This document shows positions 12,661 through 24,063 of a stretch of DNA of 64,000 nt, one piece after another. The notes beneath the pieces were generated by a model. It was not told the DNA's origin and searched no databases. It was given only the letters and a program-made list of their open reading frames with translations. The first letter of the stretch is position 1. Each line of letters starts with the position of its first letter. Both the position numbers and the translations under genes were made by a program. The DNA is from Ostrea edulis (lineage: Eukaryota): contig NC_079169.1 of assembly GCF_947568905.1 (NCBI RefSeq), positions 73,966,001 through 74,030,000 of the forward strand, given 5' to 3'.

Positions 12661-13395
12661 GCCCAATAAAATGACTCACAATTCCGTTACAAGTCCCATG
12701 GGGATCCGGATTAGAATAGGTACTTTATTGAAAAATGTTAACAGACGACGTTAAACGAACAGAGGGAAGTTCCGCTTACTGTCAATTGTGAAGATGTTTA
12801 CCCCCACCCCCCAATCCTGAGACTTAGCACAAACTCAGCATACTTGCATCCTGTATGATAGAAGAGTTCTTGTCTGTAAACTGGAGAAGGAGTTTGTGCG
12901 AAATAGGTATCCTATATGCACTTAAAATGATAAATTGATTTAAAGAAAATGAAAATACTGAATGCAGTGCTGCCTCGATAGTATTTCTACTAATATCCTA
13001 CATGATATGAAATACTTTATTCAGGAAGCATGATAATCGTCGACGGTACCAATTCCTTATGAAATATTGATTCTGGAAAGACTTTTACCGATATGGAGAT
13101 GTGCTCCTGCTGTCCCTTTAGAAACAGTCTTGTGGATGACTTCATAAAACCAATAATGTTGGATAAAGAATTATAGATATCAATGGTTTCCTTCCCTACC
13201 ATATACACATCTCTCTGAAGTGGGCGAATACATGTATAAAACGAGGGCAAATTTTTTCCATGTATATATATATATCAGTTGCATATCAGTTTTTTGAGAA
13301 GATGAGTATGTCTACAATTTTTGAGGACAACCTTTGTAAACTTTTCTATCCATAACCCATCAATTTTCGCTATTCATGAATTGCATTCTACTTAC

Positions 13396-14110
13396 CGAAT
13401 AATGACTTTGCCATGCTCTGTTGCACTCTTTCTAGGTCTGACAAGGCAGTTGTCAGTTTTCTACCCGTGCTTCTCATTTCTCTGCTATACATGGCCATGG
13501 AATCATTAACTCTCTCTGAGATCATCATATATTTGTTTTCAACGAGTTCAGGTATATTTTTATCTATTTGCAGAGTGTGTTTATTCAGATCCAAAAGTGT
13601 AGTGGACAAATAGCGAACCTCGATTTTAAGGTCAGCAAGTACTCCTGATGTGTTCCGTTCAAACTTTCGTTTTTCGTCAGATAGCTGTTTTTCGAACACA
13701 CGGTGATTTTCGTCCATTTCCGTGATGTTTTCTTTTAAAGCGATAATATTTTCATTACATTTGGTAATATCGTCATTCAGTTTATTGTTCTGGAACTTCA
13801 GGGACTGTAACTCTGTCTTCAGTTCGGTTATTTCTCTGTCTTTAAGTGACGAAATTTCACTTTCTGCAGACACAAGGCTTTGTTGCAAGGACACCACGTC
13901 CTTCATCAAAACGTGGACATTTTTCACCAATGTCATTCGGATCAACGTCTCCTGATTTAGTAACTGTCGGAACACATCGACGCTCTTCGTATCAAGTGTA
14001 CTGAAGTCGATATCTGTTGAGTTATGCATGCTGTTGTCTGTTACAACTGATAAACCATTGGATCCGAACAAGCATATTGCCACGAACGACAAGCACACCA
14101 GCTGCTTCAT
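13396..14110 (-). CDS. C1qDC exon 1 (signal peptide plus long coiled coil, 715 bp), copy A; spliced CDS 1245 bp = 414 aa
   Basis: ATG at 14110, hydrophobic MKQLVCLSFVAICLFGSNG, heptad-rich region, donor G|gtaag at 13396/13395. 715+129+401 = 1245 nt with no internal stop. Confidence 0.9.
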
Positions 14111-14240
14111 GGTGGAAATGTCTTATTTTGATACGCAATTCAGTTTATATACCCGACCAATATTTACAAATCCGTTTATAAGATTTTTCGACCCAGATAT
14201 TTCTGAATTTTTCGCTCACCCGTGCCATAACATAATTCAT

Positions 14241-14270
14241 CTAGTTCTGATTGTAACGGGGACCGTTACA
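14241..14270 (-). mobile_element. Helitron-like 3' terminus (hairpin plus CTAG) just upstream of C1qDC
   Basis: Minus strand reads TGTAACGG-TCC-CCGTTACA-atcagaa-CTAG. Next base is A rather than the canonical T. Confidence 0.5.
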
Positions 14271-14866
14271 CATTTTCCCCAAATGTCCCCCATTTACAAA
14301 GTGCAGCCAATTTGTTTCACATTTTGTTTGAGTCGTTCAATATACACTTTAATTAATAACAGTATAACTTTCACTTTATTTCCTTGAGTTATGTAAGTTA
14401 AAGTATTATTCAATCAAAATGAACTAAACGTACATACACTTGCTGGTCAGCAATTTTGACCATGTCAATTCCGTTAAGCGTCTCAATAGATATCTACAGA
14501 ATCATTTTCAAAATCATTCCTTAAATAAGCAAAAATATTTTAGACGTTTGAGCATTATCCAATCAAAATGAAAGGGGCGGACATGTGTGTTGATAACTAC
14601 GATATATATTTAAAACGATTTCATGGGAAAACAAACACTTTAAACTGATTCCAAAGTTCCTGTACCAACATTTTGATGCACGTACATACATATGCATGTT
14701 CACAGAAAATAGCATCCGTTTTGTGCATCTACAAGTGATATACTATCATCCTAAAAGATTTCAACCTTCTGTAGTTTCTTAGAACACTTCTGGAGGTAAA
14801 AGTTCCGGAGAAAAACAATAAAGAGAAGAAGAGGAAGAGTAAAAACACTTCGTTTGGGGAGCATAA

Positions 14867-14896
14867 CTAGTTCTAATTGTAACGGGGACCGTTACA
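14867..14896 (-). mobile_element. Second Helitron-like 3' terminus
   Basis: Same hairpin, then attagaa-CTAG|T (canonical). Confidence 0.6.
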
Positions 14897-17345
14897 GATG
14901 CCCCCCTCCCCCTTTAGAAAGTGGTGCCATTGTGTGTCAGCACAACCAATCATCTTACATGTACAATCTTCTAAGTTTTTGTAGTTAGTACCTATGATGT
15001 CATTATCATTCCATTTTTCTCATACATAAGAGATTTGCAGGTCATCTAAATATTGGCCAATCAAAATTTAACGCAGGTGTTTGCGCGTGTGTAAGTGATT
15101 TTGACTATGCTACATAGAGAGTTTAAAATATATGTGTCACATAAATTTCGAAACATTTAATTGAAATCTCGAAATGTTATAGATCGATACCTGATGAAAG
15201 AAATTAAGAATTACAATGCACCATTCATTAAGTATTTGTATTGTAAACCCACAGCAAAAATATAACTTTACATCAGCCTTAAATTAGAAAATTATGGCCA
15301 ATTTGTTTCGGGAAGATAACAAAAATAATAACTAGACACGATCTCGTTTTGAACAACGAGGAGGTCTTCTGTTGGATTCTGTAATGCGATAGATGTAATA
15401 AAGATTACGATGATGGCCATTAACTTTGATCTACAATGCAAAGATATCTTTAGTTTCAGCAACAGAAAGAATAAAAATTTTGAACATAAGGCCCGTTTAG
15501 AATATTCATAACGTAATGGATCGTCATATTGGTGACGTCAGTAATCCAATATTGCCTAACCGTCATTTTCCTAGTATCAGAAGTTGCAAAAGAGATGTAA
15601 AGTTTTTATTTGTGTATAAACTGATATTGACAAAAATGTATACATTATGCAGTAAAAAAAATGGTGCTTTTTCTTAGCTTTACCGAGCAATTGATTACTA
15701 ATATTTTAAGCGTACTTTTAAAAGCATCACTATTTAGTACTATATGTAGATCAGGGAGTCTCCGTCGTCACCGTACACAATCGTACTTTTTCTCTGACAT
15801 AATTCAAAATGTTTGCAATGTTTTGTATTTACATATATGCATATTTTATGTTGTAGAATCACGTGTATGTGTGTGTGTCTTATGGTGTTTTTTCAAATAA
15901 CGGAAATTTTATCAAAATTGTTGCCATTGTCATAAAATATTTAAAAAAAATTACCGATGCATTGTCATCTGACCAGTACATATCATAGAAATGATTATAT
16001 GTCTCTGTATATTTTGATATCGGGTAATTGGTTAATTCCCATCAAAGATACACATTTCGTTTGTCGGGGTCCAGTTGGGGCCAGGCTGTCCTGTACTCGA
16101 TCTGCTTTCTGTTCCTTACATACCTATAACCTTTGCTATTTCCCCAAAACTGACAAGAGGTAATAACAGTATACATGCTATAAGAGGAGGCGGACAGGAT
16201 GAGAGGAAGGAGGTGCATGGAAGAGGAGAAAGAGGTTTAGTGGGGAGGTTCTTACACTTCTTTTCTTATAACTCCTTCGTTTTTCCTTTTTCACATCTAA
16301 TCTGCATCAACGGCTATACGTATTCGATGCCGTGCCCATTGTGTTTTAACAGATAAAAGAAACAATTAAAGAATACATTTGCAATATCACGTAAGCTTGT
16401 TATATCTATATGCATCATAATCGTTGCCGTGCATATGGGTAGTAAACTGGCATGTAATACGCTTTAGTACCCAAATGAAATATGCAATTCATCACTATTC
16501 AGGGATAGAGAGAGGGGGAGAGGACCACCCCCTGTACGCCCCCTGATATAAGGAGTCAAGTTCATGAGAAGGACCAACATCTTCATGGAACTTTACAATA
16601 TTTACGCTATGGAGTTGATGCGACTAGAAGTAGAAATCCTCGTCCGTAATGTCACTCAAATGACTGTCCAGTGTACACTGGTGACCGTGTTTCTATATAT
16701 TCTGATTCATTGTCCTTATTATAGAAACTTTTTCATAACTGTAGTCATCTACACCAATGTCTGACGGTGACCCAACGGACAACAAAACTGAGCCTGTATC
16801 GCTTTCAGCGCTATACTCCATGATTAAATTATGCGCTGTTTATGTTAGTCATGACAACGTAACAAGAAATGAAAATATTTAGACAAAACAACTTATTTGA
16901 CTTACTTGTACTGAAGTTATTTTTCTTTAAATTCTAACAGATTATTATTGCAAATAAACGGAAAAATCATAATCTAAACGCTAACATTTTTAAATGAGTA
17001 TACATACTTACATCTAGCACACACTGACAACTTGCTCGTAATGATTAACTTATAAAAATGTACATTTTAGTCCGTTCCATAGCCTACATCATATTTATTG
17101 CCTATTCATCTAATGAAAATATACATATATACCTTTTTTTTAATTCATGCATGCGAGACACTCAAATGTAAACAAAACTTTATTCTTCTAGATTATATAG
17201 TGCATGTACGTGAAAAGGATAGAGAAAAAAAACATAAATCGCGTGCGCTTTAGCCATTTTTCACACACATATACTTAGGCTGAATGCGGACATGTATGTG
17301 AAAAAGATAGAGAGAAAAAAACCCCCACAAATTCCGTGCGCATTA

Positions 17346-17529
17346 TACCACCTTCACACTCACGGATTTTTCTTACGAGTTCTTACGGATCTCCGACTCG
17401 TAGTCAATCACAAGCATTCGTAAATCACTCGTCGGTATCCATGTCTAAATCGTAACATTCCGTGTACTTTTATGGATTTGTGGAATACGTAAGAATCCGT
17501 AAGAAAAATCCGTGAATGTTAAGGTACTA
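17346..17529. mobile_element. PIF/Harbinger-like MITE (184 bp, TTA TSD) inside an ~88-bp tandem repeat
   Basis: TIRs taccaccttcacactcacggatttttcttacg / cgtaagaaaaatccgtgaatgttaaggtacta. TTA at 17343-17345 and 17530-17532. The neighbouring repeat unit shows the empty site (gcgctttagccat). Confidence 0.75.
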
Positions 17530-18139
17530 TTAGCCATTGTTCACACACGTATACCTAGGCTGAAGGCGGACACGCTTACATAGGGAAATAAATGTACATT
17601 TTATTTAGGTTGTAAAACAGTAGTTCTAATTCATAAAACAAAAACAAAAACCCAATCACAGATTTACCGTTATAAATTTGTTTAGTTTCTCCACGTAAAT
17701 ATAGTTATGTATCGTTATATAATCTATTTGCGCAATACACACGCACGCTAATGTCAAATGACGTTAAAATGCATTTTTATCGCGTTTAACTGTTAAAATG
17801 CATTACTTTCATGAAGAAATAGGTCTATGACACTTGCCCGTACCTAAATATGACCGTAAGAAAAAATGAAGCAAATGTTTCAACCTTTCCGAATATGATA
17901 TACGTTTTTAAATATTTTGTTTTTTAGAAAAGATTTCACTAACAGAATATGACACAAGTTTTGTCATTTCGGCTTAAATTTCCTACTTTCCGGTAACGAT
18001 GTGCGATTTTGAATGCATGTTTTCGACTAGTTCCCAACATCGCACAGAAAAATTTTGCGTAGGAAAATTGTTTAGTTTTTACTCTACTTTTAGAAAATAT
18101 GATTTGTTTCATTGTATTCCAATTATTAACAAAACGCCC

Positions 18140-18200
18140 CCAATTTAATCACGTCGGCACATAAAAGGCGTCAAAAGGCGTCACTGGGAGTTAAAGGGTT
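18140..18200. mobile_element. Isolated piggyBac-like terminus
   Basis: Reverse complement reads TTAA|CCCTTTAACTCCCAGTGACGCC. No matching second end found. Confidence 0.4.
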
Positions 18201-20301
18201 AAAGAAATTTGAATGCAATTCGGCACATCTATGAACTCAACTCTGAAAATTTCAATGTGATACCTGGAATAGTTTCCGAGAACACTCTTACGTAAAAAGC
18301 AACATATAATAAAAATCGAGAAAATACCTACCGAGTTCCTGAAATGTTCACGAAAATTGGCCCACGAAAATATCCGAGAAATCACATTTTAAAAAAAAAA
18401 CTTGTAAAGAAATTGTAGGAGTTATGAGATTGATCACTGTTCGTTATCTTCATCTTTCATATCATACAGAATAAAAACAAAATGTTAAAATCTTCGTTTG
18501 GGGAACTAATTACATATCTTATCTAGGCACTGGCACATTTTGAGGAATACACCGGGATATACTTGTAAGATATTATTGTGAACAATATAGATCTAGAGGG
18601 CATACTTAAAAATCAAACTGGAGTTTATATATAATGATATTGTATTTCCGACAAAGCGCAATGGAATGGAAAACTTTTTTTTAAAGGTTTTTTTTTTTTT
18701 TTTAATTTTTATTTATTTATGTATTTTGCTATGAAGAAGCAAGAAAATAAATAGCACAACAGAACAGTTTTTATTTCGTTAAATTAAATTGTGTCGGTGT
18801 GAGGCGGAGGAAGTTGCCCATGAGCCTTATAACCGCTTTTGAAAAAAAAATGAACGTAAACAGGAAATAAAAATCTCATGGGTTTCTGGAAAAAAGGGGT
18901 TAATGGTGAAGAAATTCAGCATTTTGACAGACGTGTTTGTAAACATAGATGAAAGGTGAAGATAACGAACAGTGATCAACCAAAAGTGATGTAATTCTTG
19001 ATTACTCTGACATATTTGAAAAATTCTTGACTCGTGAATGTGTAAATTTAAAGATTCCATATTTGATATCCATTAGTCATGATATCATAGGAATTACTTA
19101 GGCATTTTCCACGAAGTCTTCAAGCTGAGGCAACTACATGTATATGTAATAACAGTAAATAGGAACTTCCTTTTCCTTTCTAATCTGAAAATCACAAACG
19201 AAAATAAACACGTCCCGTGATTGCCAAAGGAAGGATTTACATAATCAATATGTCATACATGATGTAAAGTAGATCTAGATAGTTTCTAATTGATCACTGA
19301 TATAAATCCAGTGCAATGCGTATAAAGAAAACTAAAAATGTTTTACAAAAATAAAATTCTCAAGAATAATCTGTTCCTTTCATGAATACTTAAATTCGAT
19401 TTTTTTTCTTGTCAGAAACAAAATAATCGTATGCGGAGATATTCTGAATCAAATCAAGCACGCGATGTGTCCGATATGGGTAAGGGATGATTCCTTTCAT
19501 GTGTAGGATTGCACTTTCATAGGGATGAATTTTCGTGGTTTTGTATCAAATTTCGATTTCATTCGCAAAATGTTTCTTAAGTTTTTTTTGGTAATATATG
19601 GCATGGTTTAATTTTGCAGACAAATTAAATCCACCACAAGATGTATTGTGTTTACAGTCGTTCATTCTTTTATCAATTACAGTATAAATTATTGTAAATC
19701 TACATAAATTATTTCTAGCTTAAAATGATTAAAAATACAAATGTTTCTGCCTTTAAAACGTATAAAACATCATTCTATAATGTATAATGAACATGTTAAC
19801 CTCAATAAAATGGTGGTGGTGGTGGTGGGGGGGTATCCATGTCTTAGTTCAATCGCTAATGCTGTAGCCACTCAATTTCAATCTTTTATCACATGGTTTT
19901 GCGTCATGACTATTACACGTGATCTGTTCTGATACGGGGTTTCAAACTGTACATACGTTCCTGCGGAATTAACGTTTTCATGTCTGCGGAATTTACATGA
20001 ATTTATTTTGAAAAATATTTCGTAAATTAATGAAATACGTACTTTATTGGGATTTGAAGTTATTGTTGATACTAGTCTTCGAGTTATATTGTCTTTAGAA
20101 ATAAATCAACAATCTCTAGCAAGAGTTATCGTTCCTTACACACTTTTTTCGTCTTCGTGATTTACACTTGTAAGCTGTCTTGGTTACTGGGAGTACAAGA
20201 CCAACAGTCTGCTACAATAATTTATTACCAGACCGTTAACAGGCACTGTCCCTTGGTGCCCCCTGTAATCAAGTCTACAAAATCGTACTTTGAATTGTTT
20301 T

Positions 20302-20685
20302 CAGGGTGTTGCTAAAACGCAGAACGGAAAACAAGATGGAACGGAAAACGGAACAGAATTTAAGAATTAGAATGATAAATGTTGCTAAGATAACACCAAA
20401 AATCGGAAGACAATACTTTGTTATGATTAAAATCAAAATTTTGGGAATTTGTTTACAAGCAGTAATACAATTTCATCTTAAAATTCTTCATCATGAATTA
20501 AGAGAAGTTAAATGTTTTTGAATAAGAATTTACATTGCGTTTTACAAGAATGTCGACATTGACAGATGTGTTGGCGAGCAGCAACACTTTAGGGTAGAGA
20601 ATGGAAAGAACACACGTACTTTATATGCCCCCCCCCCCCCGTCCCCGGTGGCAAAATGTACATGTGATACTGTGTATGTGTATGG
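20302..20685 (+). mobile_element. Left part of the same hAT-like non-autonomous family as 48404-49622
   Basis: cagggtgttgctaaaacgc...gaatttaagaattagaatga...acacacg...poly-C...gtggcaaaa is colinear with 48403-48780. Confidence 0.7.
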
Positions 20686-21214
20686 CTCTAAATTCGCTCT
20701 TGAGCACATCTTGACCTACGATTTTAATAGGAGGAATAGAATGTAAATTATTAAACAAATTAAACAATAATTTATTACCAGACTGTTAACAGTCACTGTC
20801 CCTTGGTGCCTTCTGTAATCAAGTCAACAAATCGTACTTTCTTTAACTTTGTTCAACTGTTTTCAAAGTGTTGATAAAACGCGGAACGGAATTGAATTAA
20901 TTCCAAGTACACGATATATCTTAATTCATAACTGTTATGGAAGGATAACATTTACGTACTAGAGTGTGTTCATGCTCAAAATGTCACAAATTGAATAGAA
21001 ATTGATGTTTATTTCTCCTCATGTTTTAAACGTAACGTCTGTCAGCCACAACACATCGGGGACATTGATATAAAAAGAGGCACTGTTTACGCTAATTATT
21101 GTCTACTGATAGAAAAATTAAAACTTTATCAAAATATTGATCACAAATCCCCCCAAAAGTCCTGTAGGTTGAAATATTTACAAATCTTCGGAATGGTTGA
21201 CGTGTCTGTCAAAT

Positions 21215-21663
21215 GGAAAAACACCAGAATTGCCTAGCTACAGGGCGCCGCCATTGTGGACACCCAAAGTTGTGCGGAGAAGAAAAGTTGACAGGAGATC
21301 TGATTGGTCATTAACAGAAAATCTTTGTGATGGAATTTAATAGTGAAATATAAGTGATAAAAATGACAGGTGACATAACAGAATATGTAGAAAGATACAG
21401 AAGTTATAAGGGAAGATCTGAGTGGAGAGGTGATATTTGGATGGACAATTTCATTCAGTGCGGATCTACACTAGTTGTTAACAGGCCAAAATTTGAAGGA
21501 AAAACGCAACGGCAAGCCATATATTTTTGGGTGGAATTTTGAAGGGGAGATGATGAACTTTGCTGAATGGTGACTGATTTTTTGAAAATTGGCTTAATAA
21601 ATAATTGACAGTGATTGGAATTTGTATGGAAGTCTATGTGAAAACATTTGGTGGTGTTTGTCC
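21215..21663 (+). repeat. Left long terminal direct repeat (449 bp) with 12-bp TIRs
   Basis: Starts GGAAAAACACCA and ends TGGTGTTTGTCC (reverse complement GGACAAACACCA). Flanked by AAAT and TATA. Confidence 0.97.
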
Positions 21664-21748
21664 TATACTGAGGTAGCGAGAACCAGTTTATGAGGTAAGT
21701 GTAAGAAAGTAGTGCATTTTTAGCGCCATTTGTCAGTTTTACAATAAA

Positions 21749-22066
21749 ATGGATGCATTTTTTGATAATTTGAAAGAAAAAGTAAATCGTAGAAGTGTAC
21801 GGGGCCCCCAAGGGGGCACCTGCATCATTTGGAGGGGTAGGATTTCCCCCTCTGGCTATGGGCTACAAACTGTCTACTGGCCAGAGGAGGGAAGAAAAGT
21901 GGAAAAGGCCCACAGAGTTGCCCTTATGGCAGAGTGGAAACTGACTCGGAGTCTGTTTCCACGTGACAATGTAGAATGTAGCCACCTCTGCCATACCAAG
22001 CTGTGTGTGAACCCCCAGCATTTGGTAGTGGAGTCCCACTCTATCAACCAGGAGAGGATTCACTGA
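21749..22066 (+). CDS. His-Me finger (homing-endonuclease-like) nuclease, probably truncated by a premature TGA
   Basis: CIIWRG...GYG...AHRVA...CSHLCHTKLCVNPQHLVVESHSINQERIH*, continuing in frame as QLQGVCSKSHMPWCIL. Confidence 0.85.
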   Translation: MDAFFDNLKEKVNRRSVRGPQGGTCIIWRGRISPSGYGLQTVYWPEEGRKVEKAHRVALMAEWKLTRSLFPRDNVECSHLCHTKLCVNPQHLVVESHSINQERIH

Positions 22067-22148
22067 CAGTTGCAGGGGGTGTGCAGCAAGTCACACATGC
22101 CCTGGTGCATTTTATGTAATTATATGTATTTTACATGTAAATTTCATT

Positions 22149-22731
22149 TCATTTAGCATATTTAGATGGTGGTTTTGAATAGCTGTGCTCAATTTTTTTG
22201 CATAATTTCTGCTCTTTTGATGATTTTGAAAGCATCATATTTTTTCTATAGTTTACTTCTTCCTGATGTTGTTCATAAAGTTTATTAATATCAACTAATT
22301 TCTTACATCTTTTTTTCATATCAGACTTGTTTAAGGTGATTACTTTTTGCATAATGGTGTTGCTTGTTTTTTGTAGAGAAGACTCGGCTGGAGGTGGGGT
22401 GTTGGTTGACATGAGGATTTTACGAAGAGAAGAACTGCCAATGGGGGTTTGACTGAGACCTATTTGTAGGCCATAGTTTATTGCTGCTGCTTTCCTTCCC
22501 CTGGAACCGGATTCTACTTCGACATAGAGGCTATACATTTTGGACACGTAGGTGCAGGTGTTACATTTAAGCCGTAACCTAGTGCCCAGGTCACGCCTCT
22601 CTTCAGAGTCCAAGTCCCAGGTTAGGTCACCATCACAGCCTGGATTGGCCCGCCCATGTTCTTTGAACTCTGCGTTGAACATGCCACATGTCTTTTCCAG
22701 ATGCAGCAGTCTGTAGGAGTCATTTTCACAC
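22149..22731 (-). CDS. KolobokP transposase exon 2 (N-terminal Cys-containing region; DDE core missing)
   Basis: Acceptor ttcggcag|G, phase matches exon 1. CENDSYRLLHLEKTCGMFNAEFKEH...C.G.L.WD...LKCNTC...GRKAAAINYGLQIGL...; no catalytic region follows. Confidence 0.75.
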
Positions 22732-23102
22732 CTGCCGAAATCAGTTATGTACCTGATTACTTCCTAACCAGGCAAGTTCATTTTCAGAAATTAGAGTTAC
22801 TTCCCTTTGACTATACTTGTTCTCAAAGTTGAGTCAAGAGGCTCATCACAGTCCCTAACAACTGTTTTTTGTAACTTTCTCTTCATATGAATGAACAATT
22901 ATTGTAATGTTGCTATAATTTAGAGAGTTTATTAATTATAAAATTAATTAAGCTAATTAAATTTACAGGATCTTAGGGATACCCCTTATTTCAACCAATT
23001 TGGCCATATGTGGGCCTATTCTGAGAATTAGAAAAAAATATTTTCTACTCAAAGAGGTTTTGTTTCATAATTTAAGAAAGTTAGAGGAATTGTAATCGTT
23101 AC

Positions 23103-23368
23103 CCTGAGGATTCAGCCTGATTTAAAGTCTCATGGTTTCCTTCCTTTTTCAGGGGTCTTGGCCGAAGCAGTCGGTGGCACCCAGGCCTGAGCATCATTTC
23201 CTGCTCCTCGCACAGAGAGGGTGGATGCGTCACCAGTTGTAGGGTTTCCCTGTCAACTCTCGTGAATGGTGCAGGTGAGTTTTCTTTTTTTTCATGTAAT
23301 TTCCCCTTGTTGTGAGGCACATATTTTGGCTTAAAACCATAATTATTCCCTTTTTTGAATTTTCCCAT
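23103..23368 (-). CDS. KolobokP transposase exon 1
   Basis: MGKFKKGNNYGF...LLRPRP...ESSG, donor GG|gtaac (phase 2). Splices to 22731 to give a 282-aa ORF. Confidence 0.65.
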
Positions 23369-24063
23369 CTTTGAAAACTGACATATAATTCTGCTAGGAA
23401 TATTCTGTCTGAAGTAAAATTCACTTGTGATGTGCTTTTTCCAGTGCTCTATCAGCATCATGTCAAGTTTAAGTGATATTGTGTAATAATTTATTATCAT
23501 GATAGGAATTAGCAAGCAACCCTCACTGCAAAATGTATCTGAGTTAAAGAGGGTAGTGACAGTTTTACTGTTACAGAGAAACAACACTACTAGATCAGAT
23601 TACCCCTCATATGTTTTAATAACCTTCTATTAATTGGCTGTCAGCAGCTTAGTGAATTCATTCTGAATTGGAAAAGTAAATGCATTTTGAAAGCATTTTT
23701 CCTTGATAAATTAAGATTTTTTGGCCATTTTTTCAAAAACCGGGTAGAATGTACCCTGAATATGTAAATTACATGTGAATCCTCACATCCTCTTGAAAAC
23801 ATAAAAAATAAGACAATAAGACTGTTATTTACATTTTTTACTTCAATAAGCACTGTAAAAAGTCATTATAAAGTTGACATTCAACACAGCTTCATATCAC
23901 AGTTGAGTTCATCATGTGTGAGGGGTTACATTATATAGATAGTCATAATTTACATGTTTTTTCATGTAATTTTTTCATGTTACATATTTTACATGTACTA
24001 TGTGCATGTTATCTAAAAATGTCAAATTGGCCACTTTTTCACTTTGTTTTCCATTTGGTTATA

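Larger units (their letters stand above)
1..21115. repeat. Segmental duplication unit A (homologous to 27231-45830); starts before the window
   Basis: Position 1 (tttacatgcgaatatatagtgtggtg) matches 27231 (tttatatgcgaatatatagtgtagtg). Colinear homology continues through the LTR, transposase, HINE, minisatellite and C1q gene to gtctactgatag (~21110) versus gtccactgatag (~45825), with large unit-specific indels. Confidence 0.95.

Noticed and set aside
13321-14387. Plus-strand ORFs overlapping C1qDC exon 1 (and 41640-42730)
   Set aside because: Antisense to a well-supported spliced gene, with no domain signal.
21354-21542. Identical 62-aa ORFs at 21354-21542 and 24203-24391
   Set aside because: They are duplicated only because they lie in the LTDRs, start at a non-ATG codon and have no recognisable domain.
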